DNA of 64,000 nt from an uncultured Spirochaetota bacterium (GTDB lineage: Bacteria; Spirochaetota; Spirochaetia; SZUA-6; CAVTHK01), in NCBI GenBank assembly GCA_963734495.1, contig CAVTHK010000009.1, forward strand, positions 64,001-128,000, given 5' to 3'. Within the stretch, counting starts at the first letter, position 1; every line of letters starts with the position of its first letter. The notes under the pieces were generated by a model. That model was not told the origin of the DNA and made no database searches. It worked only from the letters and a program-made list of their open reading frames with translations. Shown here in pieces: positions 40,482-49,145 of this stretch. The position numbers and the translations under genes were made by a program.

Positions 40482-41353
40482 AGGCTACGGATGCGGGCGC
40501 GCTGGCGTCCGGGATGCTGCTGGCCCACCCGGGCCTGAGCCGCTTCGAGCCCATGAAGCGGATCGTCTTCTTCGACGACTTCGACAACGGCATCGACGGA
40601 TGGACCGAGCTGATCGGCAACTACGAGGGCAGCCTCGACACGGTGCTCCCGCCCTACCGCGATCACCGGCCGCCGCAGCTTTCCAACCTCTCGATGTGGG
40701 ACACGGGCAGCGTTGGCTCAATGGACGGCACCTACGCGCTCAAGATCGCGACCCGCCCCCGCAAGGGACACCAGGCGGTCGCTCTCAAGCGCGTCACCTT
40801 CCGCAAGGCGGGACCGATCCGCCTGGAGGCCTTCTTCACCTTCAAGCCCGAGGCGAGGGAATTGCTGCTCTCGGACCAGGACGTGCGCTCAGTAGGGCTG
40901 GCGTTCGACCTGCAGGACGATCGGGAGCGGGTAATGCCGCACCTGCGCTACCTGAACTCCCTCGACGGCAGGGCCGAGCAGAAGTGGCAGTACAAGCGCG
41001 AGACCACACCGTTCAGGAAGATCGGCCCCAGCGGCAAGACCGTGTCGCACTACCACCTGGCTCCGGAGGGATGGCTCGACGTGCCTGGCGGGACGCAGAA
41101 GCTGTGCTACAACGAGATCGCCACCAAGCACAACTGGCACTACCTCCGCCTCGACTTCGACCTCGCCTCGATGAAGTTCCTCGCATTCCAGTGCAACGAC
41201 CGCGCCTTGGATGTCTCGGGCCTCGAGTGCATCCGCATCCCGGCGATGGCCAATCTCTGGTGCATGCTCAACGTGGTGTTCTTCGCCGAGGCCGACGCGG
41301 ACAAGCGCGCGTTCTTCTACCTCGACTCGGTGCTGCTCTCGGGGGATTTCTAG
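40478..41353 (+). CDS. Uncharacterised protein, module A copy 1 (possibly DUF6772-like)
   Basis: ATGA-coupled to the permease; FFDDFDNG..GW, MDGTYALKIATRP, KLCYNE..K.NWHY. The family name is my recollection only. Confidence 0.75.
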   Translation: MKATDAGALASGMLLAHPGLSRFEPMKRIVFFDDFDNGIDGWTELIGNYEGSLDTVLPPYRDHRPPQLSNLSMWDTGSVGSMDGTYALKIATRPRKGHQAVALKRVTFRKAGPIRLEAFFTFKPEARELLLSDQDVRSVGLAFDLQDDRERVMPHLRYLNSLDGRAEQKWQYKRETTPFRKIGPSGKTVSHYHLAPEGWLDVPGGTQKLCYNEIATKHNWHYLRLDFDLASMKFLAFQCNDRALDVSGLECIRIPAMANLWCMLNVVFFAEADADKRAFFYLDSVLLSGDF

Positions 41354-41677
41354 ATGGTCAGGCGAAGCACGAACGCCGTGATCGAGCGCAACGTCGTCTG
41401 GACCGGGCCGTTCGAGACCGAGCCGTACGAGGCGGGGTGGGCCGCCGAGGCTGTGTTCTTTGTCCGCTCCCTCGAGGGAGCGGCGGAGGGCGCGGTGGCG
41501 CGGGTGCAGATCACGCCCGACGGCATGCACTGGTGCGACGAGGGTACGACTCTCGCGTTGCCTGCCGCGGGCCAGACGACATTCTGCAGGGTCACCAACT
41601 TCGGCAACTGGCTCCGCCTCGTCGGCAGCACGGAACAGCCGATCACGGTGCTCGTGACGCTCTCGCTCAAGGAGTGA
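41354..41677 (+). CDS. Uncharacterised small beta-rich protein, module B copy 1
   Basis: TEPYEAGWAAEAVFFVR, DGMHWCDEG, FGNWLRL, C-terminal LKE. Confidence 0.8.
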   Translation: MVRRSTNAVIERNVVWTGPFETEPYEAGWAAEAVFFVRSLEGAAEGAVARVQITPDGMHWCDEGTTLALPAAGQTTFCRVTNFGNWLRLVGSTEQPITVLVTLSLKE

Positions 41678-43088
41678 TGCGCGCCGGGTCGGCTGCGCCC
41701 TGCTCCCGCACGCCCGCGTCCACGAGCCCGCCAAGGTCGGTGATCCGTCTGCGCAACTCCGCAGTGTCCACCTCCCTCACCTTGCCGCTGCCCCGCGCGG
41801 CCATCGCCGCGGCCACCCCGGCCGCCTGGCCGGTGGCCATGGCCGTGCCCATGACGCGCGCGGAGCCGTGGGCTTCGTGTGTGACCGAGATCGGCCTGCC
41901 GGCCACGAGGACGTTCTCGACGCCGAGCGGCAGCAGGCAGCGGTATGGGATCTGGTAGGCGCCGACGCGCCGGCGCACCTGGGCGTTGGTGCCGGCGGGC
42001 GAGTGGATGTCGATCACGTGACCGCCAAGGGCGATGGCGTCGGCGAACCTGCGGCGCTCGGTGATGTCCTCCTCGCTGAGCGTGTACTCGCCCCTGATCC
42101 TGCGGGTCTCGCGGATCCCTATCTGCGCGGCGGTGTCGATCAGGTACGCTCCGCGGAACTCCGGAAAGTGGTCGCGGAGAAAGTCGACAAACTTGTGCAC
42201 GTGGTCGCGCCCCGTGATCGCGCTGCGCGTGAGCGTGTCCGTGTCGGTCGCGTCGCCCCACAGGCGAACCATGTTGACCATGACCTCCCCCGGGCGGATC
42301 GTGCTGCCCCAAAAAGTCCACGGGCCGCCGAACACCGGCAGCTCGCCGGAGGCCACGAGGGCCTCGGCCTTCTGGCGCACCGCAGGCGGCACGTAGGGCC
42401 GCGTGATGTCGCCGAGAGCCGCCGTGTCTACACCGCCGAGGCGGAACATGAGGGTCATGGGCTGCAGCGCGCCGTCGCCCGGCCGGCCGGCCTCAAACGG
42501 AGCGCCGGCCATGGCCGCCACGTCCGCGTCGCCGGTGGCGTCGACGACGACTCGCCCGGCAATCGCCGCCCGGCCGGACTTGCTCTCCACGATGACGGCC
42601 GCGACCCGGGCGCCGTCGCGGGAGACCGCAACCGCGAGGGAATGGCAGTGCATGCGCACGCCGGCCTCGCGCGCCAACTGGTCGGCCACCCACTTGAGCA
42701 TTTCGGAGTCAAAGGGCACGTCGCCGCGATTGCCGCCGCCTGTCGCGGAAACCGCCGGACCGTCGCCGGTGCCGTCGGCCACCCCGGTGTAGTCAAAGGT
42801 GTCCAGCAGCGCGCCTCCGTTGCGCACCAGGCGTTCTACGATCTCCCAGGGGACCCCACCGATGATCCGTCCGTCGCCGTAGCGGTGGCGGGCCCCGGCG
42901 AAAGGGCCGACGAGACCCGCCGTTGCCATCCCGCCGAGAAAGCCGTAGCGCTCGACGAGGGCCGTCCTCGCCCCCTGGCGCGAGGCAGCCACGGCTGCGC
43001 ACAGCCCCGCCGGCCCTCCACCCACGACCAGCACGTCGGTCTGCTCGATGACCGGGATGCGGCGTTCGGGTTCTGTGACATACATCAT
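41667..43088 (-). CDS. FAD-dependent oxidoreductase, paralog 4
   Basis: DVLVVGGGPAG, DATGDAD, RETRRI, IDIHSP, IPYRCL, GQAAG. Confidence 0.9.
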   Translation of the reverse strand: MMYVTEPERRIPVIEQTDVLVVGGGPAGLCAAVAASRQGARTALVERYGFLGGMATAGLVGPFAGARHRYGDGRIIGGVPWEIVERLVRNGGALLDTFDYTGVADGTGDGPAVSATGGGNRGDVPFDSEMLKWVADQLAREAGVRMHCHSLAVAVSRDGARVAAVIVESKSGRAAIAGRVVVDATGDADVAAMAGAPFEAGRPGDGALQPMTLMFRLGGVDTAALGDITRPYVPPAVRQKAEALVASGELPVFGGPWTFWGSTIRPGEVMVNMVRLWGDATDTDTLTRSAITGRDHVHKFVDFLRDHFPEFRGAYLIDTAAQIGIRETRRIRGEYTLSEEDITERRRFADAIALGGHVIDIHSPAGTNAQVRRRVGAYQIPYRCLLPLGVENVLVAGRPISVTHEAHGSARVMGTAMATGQAAGVAAAMAARGSGKVREVDTAELRRRITDLGGLVDAGVREQGAADPARITP

Positions 43089-43174
43089 GCCTCGGCTCCT
43101 GCGCTCATCGCGCCGGCGCAAGAGCGCCGGCCGCGCCGAATCGTTCTCCCGTGCTCACGGATGCGGCGCGGGGT

Positions 43175-43510
43175 CTACTCCTTGAGAACCAGGTGCACGG
43201 TGGCCTTGATGCGAGGCGTCCTTCCAGTGATCTCGCTGCGGAGGCGAAGCCAGCCGCCAAAGTGCCTGACGCGCAGAAAGTAGCTGCCCAGCGCCGTGAT
43301 GGGCGGAAAGCTGCTGCCCTCGTCGATCCAGTCTATGCCGTCCACCGCGACCTGCACCGCGGACTGCAGCTTGACGCCGGTCCCCGTCATCTCGTGGACT
43401 CGGACAAAAAACATCGCTTCGCTCGCCCAGCCCGCCTCGTAGGGCTCCGTGGCAAAGTCGCCGGTGAGCTCCTTCATCCTCTCCAGGACCACGGTGTAAA
43501 AGTTTCTCAT
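43175..43510 (-). CDS. Uncharacterised small protein, module B copy 2
   Basis: TEPYEAGWASEAMFFVR, DGIDWIDEG, FGGWLRL, LKE; clear paralog of 41354-41677. Confidence 0.8.
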   Translation of the reverse strand: MRNFYTVVLERMKELTGDFATEPYEAGWASEAMFFVRVHEMTGTGVKLQSAVQVAVDGIDWIDEGSSFPPITALGSYFLRVRHFGGWLRLRSEITGRTPRIKATVHLVLKE

Positions 43511-44466
43511 CGCGCATCCCCCTTGCCCGTAGAGTTGACGATCGAGTCAACGAACAGGAACACCCTGCGGTCGGTATCGGCCTCCACCCACAGCACCGGG
43601 TTGAGCAGCCAGTTGATGCGCGGGTAGGCGTCGACGTGCGTGGCGTCGATGCCCCTGAGGTCAAAGACCCTGTTGACCGAGCGCAGCTCGACGTACCGGC
43701 GCGCTGCCAGGTCAACGGTCAACGCAAAGTAGTGCCAGTTGATCTTGTCCGGCGTCTCGTTGAAGCAGAGCTTCTGGGCTCCGTCGCGCACCTCCATGAA
43801 AGCGTCTCCGCGGCCGTCGGGGTAGCGCCTGCCGAGCCACTGCGGATCGATGCCCCGCCTGAGGTAGACCTTGCGGCCGGCCGCGGGGCTGTTCGGGTCC
43901 TCGCCCACCGCGCTCTCACCCATGTCTCCCCAGTCCTGGTCGCTGCCCTCGCTGGCCTTGAGGATCTGCCAGCGCTGCTGCATCTTTCCGTCGGCGGCGT
44001 TCATGTAGCGAGCGCCGTAGAACGTCCGGACCTCGTCGTCCTGCACGTCCCACATAAAGCCAAAGGCGCGGATATCGCTGTCGCCGATGCCCGGCCGGTC
44101 CTGCTCAGCCTTGAAGGTGTACCACATCTCGCAGCGCAGGAGCTGCCGTCTGAGAAAGGTCAGGCGCTTGATCGCGTGACCGATGCTCCCCTTGACCGGC
44201 TGCTCCGAAGCCTTGCCCGCCTGCGGCCGCGTGCCGATCTTGAGTGAATAGGTGCCGCTCATCGACCCGTGCGTGCCGACGTAGCCGAACGTGGCCGAGC
44301 TGAGCATTGGCGGACCCCAATCGGAGTAGCGTTGCTGCGACGGGAAATAGTCGATCACGTCCTGCCTCAGGTTGGGCGAGAGGACCACCCAGCCGCAGAG
44401 GCCGCGGTCGAAGTCGTCGTGGAAGATGATGTCGGACAAAGGGTCATAGTTGTAGAGACTGCCCAT
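43507..44466 (-). CDS. Uncharacterised protein, module A copy 2
   Basis: FHDDFDRG..GW, MSGTYSLKIGTRP, KLCFNE..K.NWHY; paralog of 40478-41353. AAGGAGG RBS. Confidence 0.8.
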   Translation of the reverse strand: MGSLYNYDPLSDIIFHDDFDRGLCGWVVLSPNLRQDVIDYFPSQQRYSDWGPPMLSSATFGYVGTHGSMSGTYSLKIGTRPQAGKASEQPVKGSIGHAIKRLTFLRRQLLRCEMWYTFKAEQDRPGIGDSDIRAFGFMWDVQDDEVRTFYGARYMNAADGKMQQRWQILKASEGSDQDWGDMGESAVGEDPNSPAAGRKVYLRRGIDPQWLGRRYPDGRGDAFMEVRDGAQKLCFNETPDKINWHYFALTVDLAARRYVELRSVNRVFDLRGIDATHVDAYPRINWLLNPVLWVEADTDRRVFLFVDSIVNSTGKGDAR

Positions 44467-44855
44467 CGGCCCTCCTTGTATCCGGCCTGCAGGCCGCGCC
44501 TTGCCCTCGCGCCGCCTCCTGCCGCTCCATGGGCCGATTATACTTCTCGACGCCCGCAAAACGCGACCGCAGAGAGCCGCGGTCAGGGGGCCAGGCCCCG
44601 CGAGATCCCGGGCGTGGGTGCGGGGCGCGGTTCACAACCTGTGGACCGCTCGGCCGCCGGCAGACGAGTCTGGACGGCCGCCTCGATCCTCCTGTCGTCG
44701 CAGCCGATGATCAGTCCATGAAGCCCCGATCGCAAAATCGGGGCGGCGACTCCGACCGGCTGTCCTCGTTTTCCGCCGAGCCCGGCCGCGGCGGGCCGCC
44801 CGCGCCCTCCGCGCGGTCCCGGAGGGCCGGCGCGGGGGCCGCTGCAAAAAAGGTC

Positions 44856-44884
44856 TTGATTTCTGTCGACCGATGCGTTATTCT
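44856..44884 (+). promoter_or_regulatory. Sigma70-type promoter of the kamA operon
   Basis: TTGATT-17bp-TATTCT preceded by an A-tract (UP-element-like). Confidence 0.6.
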
Positions 44885-45029
44885 CCGCAGCAAAACGGGA
44901 GGGGAGGTCAGACCCCCGCACCCGCGGGGACTATGTTTCGCGGAAAGCCATAAAAAACGTGGGTTTCTCGCATCCGGGGGAGCGTGAGTCTCACCCCACA
45001 CGTATAAGTCCGGAGGATAAGAACAGATA

Positions 45030-46364
45030 ATGGAAACGTCGCAGCCCGCTACTGAGGAGGCAGAACCTCCGAGCAGTAGCCCCGATCATGAACGTACGCC
45101 TCTCAGCTCCCACAACAGTGTCGGCTATGTTCAGCCCTTCTTGCCGACGTACCCCTACCTAGAAGAACCGATCACCGTCCCTGACAGCCTCATCAGGACC
45201 CCGCGCTCCGCGTTCCCGCTGGGCGAGATCGCCGAGGAGTTCCGCGGCCGCTGGTTCCCCGAGGTCAATCACCGCACCTGGAGCGACTGGCGATGGCAGC
45301 TGCGCCACCGCGTCCGCACGCGCGAGGAGCTGGAAAAGTACGTCCGTCTCACGGACGACGAACGCAGCGCCATCGAGCGCCACCGCGGGCCCCTGCCCGT
45401 CGCCGTGACCCCGTACTACCTCAGCCTCGTGAGCGTGAACGACGCCGCGCAGCCGCTGCGGCGGACCGTGATCCCCACGACCGACGAGTACCTCCAGACG
45501 CCCGGCGAGGCGCTGGACCCGCTCGACGAGGATGCGGACAGCCCGGTGTCGGGCCTGGTGCACCGCTACCCGGACCGCGTGCTGTTCCTGGCGACCGACT
45601 TCTGCTCGGTCAACTGCCGCTACTGCACGCGCAGCCGGCTCATCACCGTGGAAGACGGCCATCGCTACGGCGTCTCGCAGTGGGAGCGCGGCATCGCCTA
45701 CGTGGCGGCTCACCCCGAGGTGCGCGACGTCCTCATCTCGGGCGGCGATCCGCTGACGCTCGCCGACGAGAAGATCGAGTGGCTGCTCACGCGCCTGCGC
45801 GCGATCCCGCACGTCGAGTTCATCCGGATCGGCACAAAGACGCCCGCGGTCCTGCCGCAGAGGATCACCCCCGCGCTCACGCGGATGCTCAGGCGCTTCC
45901 ACCCGCTGTGGATGAGCCTGCATTTCACGCACCCCGACGAGCTCACGCCCGAGACCAACGAGGCGTGCCGCAGGCTCGCGGACGCGGGCATCCCCCTCGG
46001 CAGCCAGACGGTGCTGCTCAAGGGCATCAACGACGACGTCGACACGCTCAGGCGCCTCTATCACGGGCTGCTGAAGAACAGGGTCAAACCGTACTACCTC
46101 TTCCAGTGCGACCCGATCTACGGTTCGTCCCACTTCCGCACGTCGGTCTCGAAAGGCCTCGAGATGATCCAGGGCCTGCGCGGCCACACGACCGGGTACG
46201 CCGTTCCGAGCTACGTGATCGACGCCCCCGGCGGCGGCGGCAAGGTGCCCCTGCTGCCGCAGTACCTGGTGGGCCGCGACGGCGACGACATCGTGCTGCG
46301 CAACTACGAGGGCAAGGAGTTCCGGTACCGCGACCCGGTCGACCCTCGGGCCGGCGGGGCGTAA
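45030..46364 (+). CDS. kamA: KamA family radical SAM/PLP enzyme (lysine 2,3-aminomutase-like)
   Basis: LVHRYPDRV, CSVNCRYCTR (CxxxCxxC), ISGGDPL, QTVLLKGIND, PYYLFQCD, DAPGGGGK (PLP lysine). Confidence 0.9.
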   Translation: METSQPATEEAEPPSSSPDHERTPLSSHNSVGYVQPFLPTYPYLEEPITVPDSLIRTPRSAFPLGEIAEEFRGRWFPEVNHRTWSDWRWQLRHRVRTREELEKYVRLTDDERSAIERHRGPLPVAVTPYYLSLVSVNDAAQPLRRTVIPTTDEYLQTPGEALDPLDEDADSPVSGLVHRYPDRVLFLATDFCSVNCRYCTRSRLITVEDGHRYGVSQWERGIAYVAAHPEVRDVLISGGDPLTLADEKIEWLLTRLRAIPHVEFIRIGTKTPAVLPQRITPALTRMLRRFHPLWMSLHFTHPDELTPETNEACRRLADAGIPLGSQTVLLKGINDDVDTLRRLYHGLLKNRVKPYYLFQCDPIYGSSHFRTSVSKGLEMIQGLRGHTTGYAVPSYVIDAPGGGGKVPLLPQYLVGRDGDDIVLRNYEGKEFRYRDPVDPRAGGA

Positions 46365-46383
46365 CATCGGCCCGCGAGCGACC

Positions 46384-47373
46384 ATGACCGTAGGCATCAC
46401 GTACGACCTCAAGGGGGACTACCTCCGCGAGGGCATGAGCGAAGAGGAGGCGGCGGAGTTCGACAGCCCGGCTACCGTTGAGGCCATCGACACCAGCCTG
46501 CAGGCCCTGGGGTTCGCGACCGAGAGGATCGGTCACCTCAGGGCCCTCCTCGCAAGGCTCGCCTCGGGCGGCCGCTGGGACATCGTGTTCAACATCGCCG
46601 AAGGCGTCCACGGCATCGGCCGGGAGTCGCAGATCCCGGCGATCCTCGACGCCTTCCAGATCCCCTACACGTTCTCGGACCCGATGGTGCTCGGGCTCTG
46701 CCTTCACAAGGGCATGGCCAAGCGCGTCGTGCGCGACGCGGGAGTCCCGACCCCCGACTTCGCCCTGATTGAAAATGAAGGGCAAGCCGCCGGCGTGCGC
46801 CTCGCCTTTCCCGTGTTCGCCAAGCCGGTGGCCGAGGGGACGGGCAAGGGCATCTCCGGCGCGTCGCGCGCCGGGAGCCCGGCCGAGCTCGAGCGCGCGT
46901 GCGCGGAGCTCCTGCGCAGATTCCGCCAGCCGGTGCTCGTCGAGAGCTTCCTGCCCGGCCGCGAGCTCACCGTCGGCATCCTCGGCACCGGCGCGAAGGC
47001 GCGGACGATCGGCGCGCTGGAGATCGAGCTGCACGGGTCCGCCGAGCCGGGCGCGTACACCTACCACAACAAGAAGATGTACGAGGACCGCGTCTCCTAC
47101 CGGCTCGCCGAGGACGCCGTGGCGGCCGAGGCGCGGGAGGTGGCGCTCGCCGCGTGGCGCGCCCTCGGCTGCCGCGACGGCGGCCGGGTCGACATCCGCT
47201 GCGATGCGGCGGGGAAGCCGCACTTTCTCGAGGTCAACCCGCTCGCGGGCCTTCATCCCGTGGATTCGGACCTGCCCATCCTCTGCTACAAGCGCGGCCT
47301 TACCTACGGGGAGCTCATCGCCGCGATCATGGAGAGTGCGCGCTCGCGTCTCGGGGACGCCGCGCGGCCTTAG
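46384..47373 (+). CDS. D-Ala-D-Ala ligase-like ATP-grasp protein 1
   Basis: VFNIAEG, GRES, KPVAEGTGKGI, GRELTV, GRVDIR, LEVNPLAG. Confidence 0.88.
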   Translation: MTVGITYDLKGDYLREGMSEEEAAEFDSPATVEAIDTSLQALGFATERIGHLRALLARLASGGRWDIVFNIAEGVHGIGRESQIPAILDAFQIPYTFSDPMVLGLCLHKGMAKRVVRDAGVPTPDFALIENEGQAAGVRLAFPVFAKPVAEGTGKGISGASRAGSPAELERACAELLRRFRQPVLVESFLPGRELTVGILGTGAKARTIGALEIELHGSAEPGAYTYHNKKMYEDRVSYRLAEDAVAAEAREVALAAWRALGCRDGGRVDIRCDAAGKPHFLEVNPLAGLHPVDSDLPILCYKRGLTYGELIAAIMESARSRLGDAARP

Positions 47374-47381
47374 GAGGCCGC

Positions 47382-48941
47382 ATGTTCGTCGCGGTCCTCT
47401 ACAACCTGGTCGATCGCAAGGAGAGCGGGTTCCAGAGCGAGCTCGTGGCCGAGAACGAAATCCTCGGCACCGCGAACGGCATCGTGGAGGCGCTGCGCGG
47501 CAGCCACGAGGCCGTCATGCTGCGCGTAAAGCCCGCGATCCTCGGCCGCATCGGCGAGTCGCCCTTCGACGTGATCTTCAACCTCGCCGAGGGGCTGGGC
47601 GACCGGGCCTCCGCAAGCGAGCACCTGATCCCCGCCTTTCTCGATGCGGCGGATCTGCCGTACACGGGCGCCGACTGCGCCTGCATCGCTCTCTGCCGGG
47701 ACAAGGCGCGCACCAAGCGCCTGCTCGCGGCCGCCGGCCTCGCCACGCCGGCCTGGCAGCTCTTCGAGAGCGGGAGCGAGCCGCTCTCGCCGGAGCTCGC
47801 CTTTCCCCTGATCGTCAAGCCGTGCCTCGAGGACGCGAGCATCGGCATCACCGCGGAGTCGGTGGTGCGCGACGAGGAGTCGCTGCGCCGCCGGGTGGCG
47901 CACGTGCTCGAGCACTACCGCGAGCCGGCGCTCGTCGAGCGCTTCATCGACGGCCGCGAGATCAACTGCGCGCTTCTCGGCAACGGCGCATCCGTCGAGG
48001 CGCTGCCGCTCGCCGAAATCGTCTTCCGCCACGCGGGCGATCATCCGCGCATAGTGACCTTCGAGTCCAAGTGGGTCGCGGGCTCGGCGGCGGACCGGGC
48101 GCAGCGGCCGGTCTGTCCGGCGGACCTCGCGCCGGACCTGGCACGCGAGATCGCGGCTGCGGCGCGCGCCGCGTTCGCCGCGACCGGCTGCCGGGATTAC
48201 GCGCGGGTCGACTTCCGCCTGGAGCGGGCCGGCGACGGCGTGACGCGGCCCCTCATCATCGACGTCAATCCCAACCCGGCGATCGACGAGGGGGCGGGGT
48301 TCGCCCGCAGCGCGCGCGCCGCGGGGCTCGCCTACCCGCAGCTCGTCGAGCGCATCGTGGCCATGGCGGCCGCTCGCGGCGGCGCCGGCGCCCGGCGCGG
48401 CAAGCCGGAGCCGGCCGAGCCTGTCGCGGGCAGCAGCCTCCGCCTGGAGCCGCCCGCGCCGCGCCACCTCGCGGCTCTCGCCCGCTGGTTCAACGACGCC
48501 GAGACGGGCCGCTACATGGAGGGCCCGGGCGAGACCTGCACGGTGGCGGAGCTGGCGGAGGCCTTCTTCGTCGGGCGCGCGGACGTCGACTTCGTGGCGT
48601 GCGACCTCCGCACGGGCGAGCCGGTCGGCTACTGCGGGCTCTACGGCATCTCGGGCGGCCGCGCGCAGATCACGTTCCTCGTCGGCGAGGCGGCGCGGCG
48701 CGGCCGCGGCGCGGGCCGCGAGATCGGCGAGCTGCTCGTGCGCGCGGCGTTCGCCCGGCCGGAGATCGACGCCCTCGAGGCGCGCGTCGTGGTCGAGAAC
48801 GAAGCATCGCTGCGTCTGTGCCGGGCGCTCGGGTTCCGCGACGTCGGCCGCCTGCGCGGCTCGCACCGCCTCGGCGACCGGCGGCTCGACGAGATCCTGC
48901 TCGAGCTCACCCGCGAGGATCGAGCGGCGAAGCGGCCATGA
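47382..48941 (+). CDS. D-Ala-D-Ala ligase-like ATP-grasp protein 2 fused to C-terminal GNAT (RimJ/RimL-type)
   Basis: FNLAEG, PYTG, KPCLEDASIGI, YARVDFR, DVNPNP; then RGRGAG and N.ASLRL...LGF GNAT motifs. AGGAGG RBS. Confidence 0.87.
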   Translation: MFVAVLYNLVDRKESGFQSELVAENEILGTANGIVEALRGSHEAVMLRVKPAILGRIGESPFDVIFNLAEGLGDRASASEHLIPAFLDAADLPYTGADCACIALCRDKARTKRLLAAAGLATPAWQLFESGSEPLSPELAFPLIVKPCLEDASIGITAESVVRDEESLRRRVAHVLEHYREPALVERFIDGREINCALLGNGASVEALPLAEIVFRHAGDHPRIVTFESKWVAGSAADRAQRPVCPADLAPDLAREIAAAARAAFAATGCRDYARVDFRLERAGDGVTRPLIIDVNPNPAIDEGAGFARSARAAGLAYPQLVERIVAMAAARGGAGARRGKPEPAEPVAGSSLRLEPPAPRHLAALARWFNDAETGRYMEGPGETCTVAELAEAFFVGRADVDFVACDLRTGEPVGYCGLYGISGGRAQITFLVGEAARRGRGAGREIGELLVRAAFARPEIDALEARVVVENEASLRLCRALGFRDVGRLRGSHRLGDRRLDEILLELTREDRAAKRP

Positions 48942-48942
48942 C

Positions 48943-49119
48943 ATGACGTGGTTCGACGACCGCTACCAGCAGCTCAAGGAGAAGGAGCAGGAGATCGAGC
49001 GCCTGCGGCAGACGGTTCCTCGCTCTCCCGAGCTCGAGCGCCGGATCGAGGCCATGGCCGCCGAGGTCAAGGAAGCCTGGAGCAACCTCGCGGACGAGAT
49101 CCTCAAGCGGGAAGGGTGA
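48943..49119 (+). CDS. Small (58 aa) helical/coiled-coil protein, not in ORF track
   Basis: MTWFDDRYQQLKEKEQEIERLRQTVPRSPELERRIEAMAAEVKEAWSNLADEILKREG*. Starts 1 nt after the upstream stop; codons end mostly in G/C like real genes here. Confidence 0.7.
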   Translation: MTWFDDRYQQLKEKEQEIERLRQTVPRSPELERRIEAMAAEVKEAWSNLADEILKREG

Positions 49120-49145
49120 GCCGGCGCCCGGGGGCGGCCTTCAAC

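Noticed and set aside
31173-44466. Calling the island a mobile element
   Set aside because: No integrase, transposase, tRNA target or terminal repeats are visible.
44467-44855. ncRNA, origin or island attachment site in the hairpin-rich intergenic region
   Set aside because: Several GC hairpins (e.g. GCGGTTCACA-ACC-TGTGGACCGC) but no recognisable tRNA, riboswitch, DnaA-box cluster or direct repeat matching the left junction.
45030-46364. EpmB (EF-P beta-lysylation) or glutamate 2,3-aminomutase assignment
   Set aside because: No efp/epmA nearby, length and motifs fit KamA proper, and the two acidic substrate-binding residues argue against the glutamate enzyme.
46384-48941. Housekeeping ddl or van-type resistance ligases
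   Set aside because: They lack the N-terminal GG.S.E motif of canonical Ddl, and no mur or vanH/vanX genes are adjacent.
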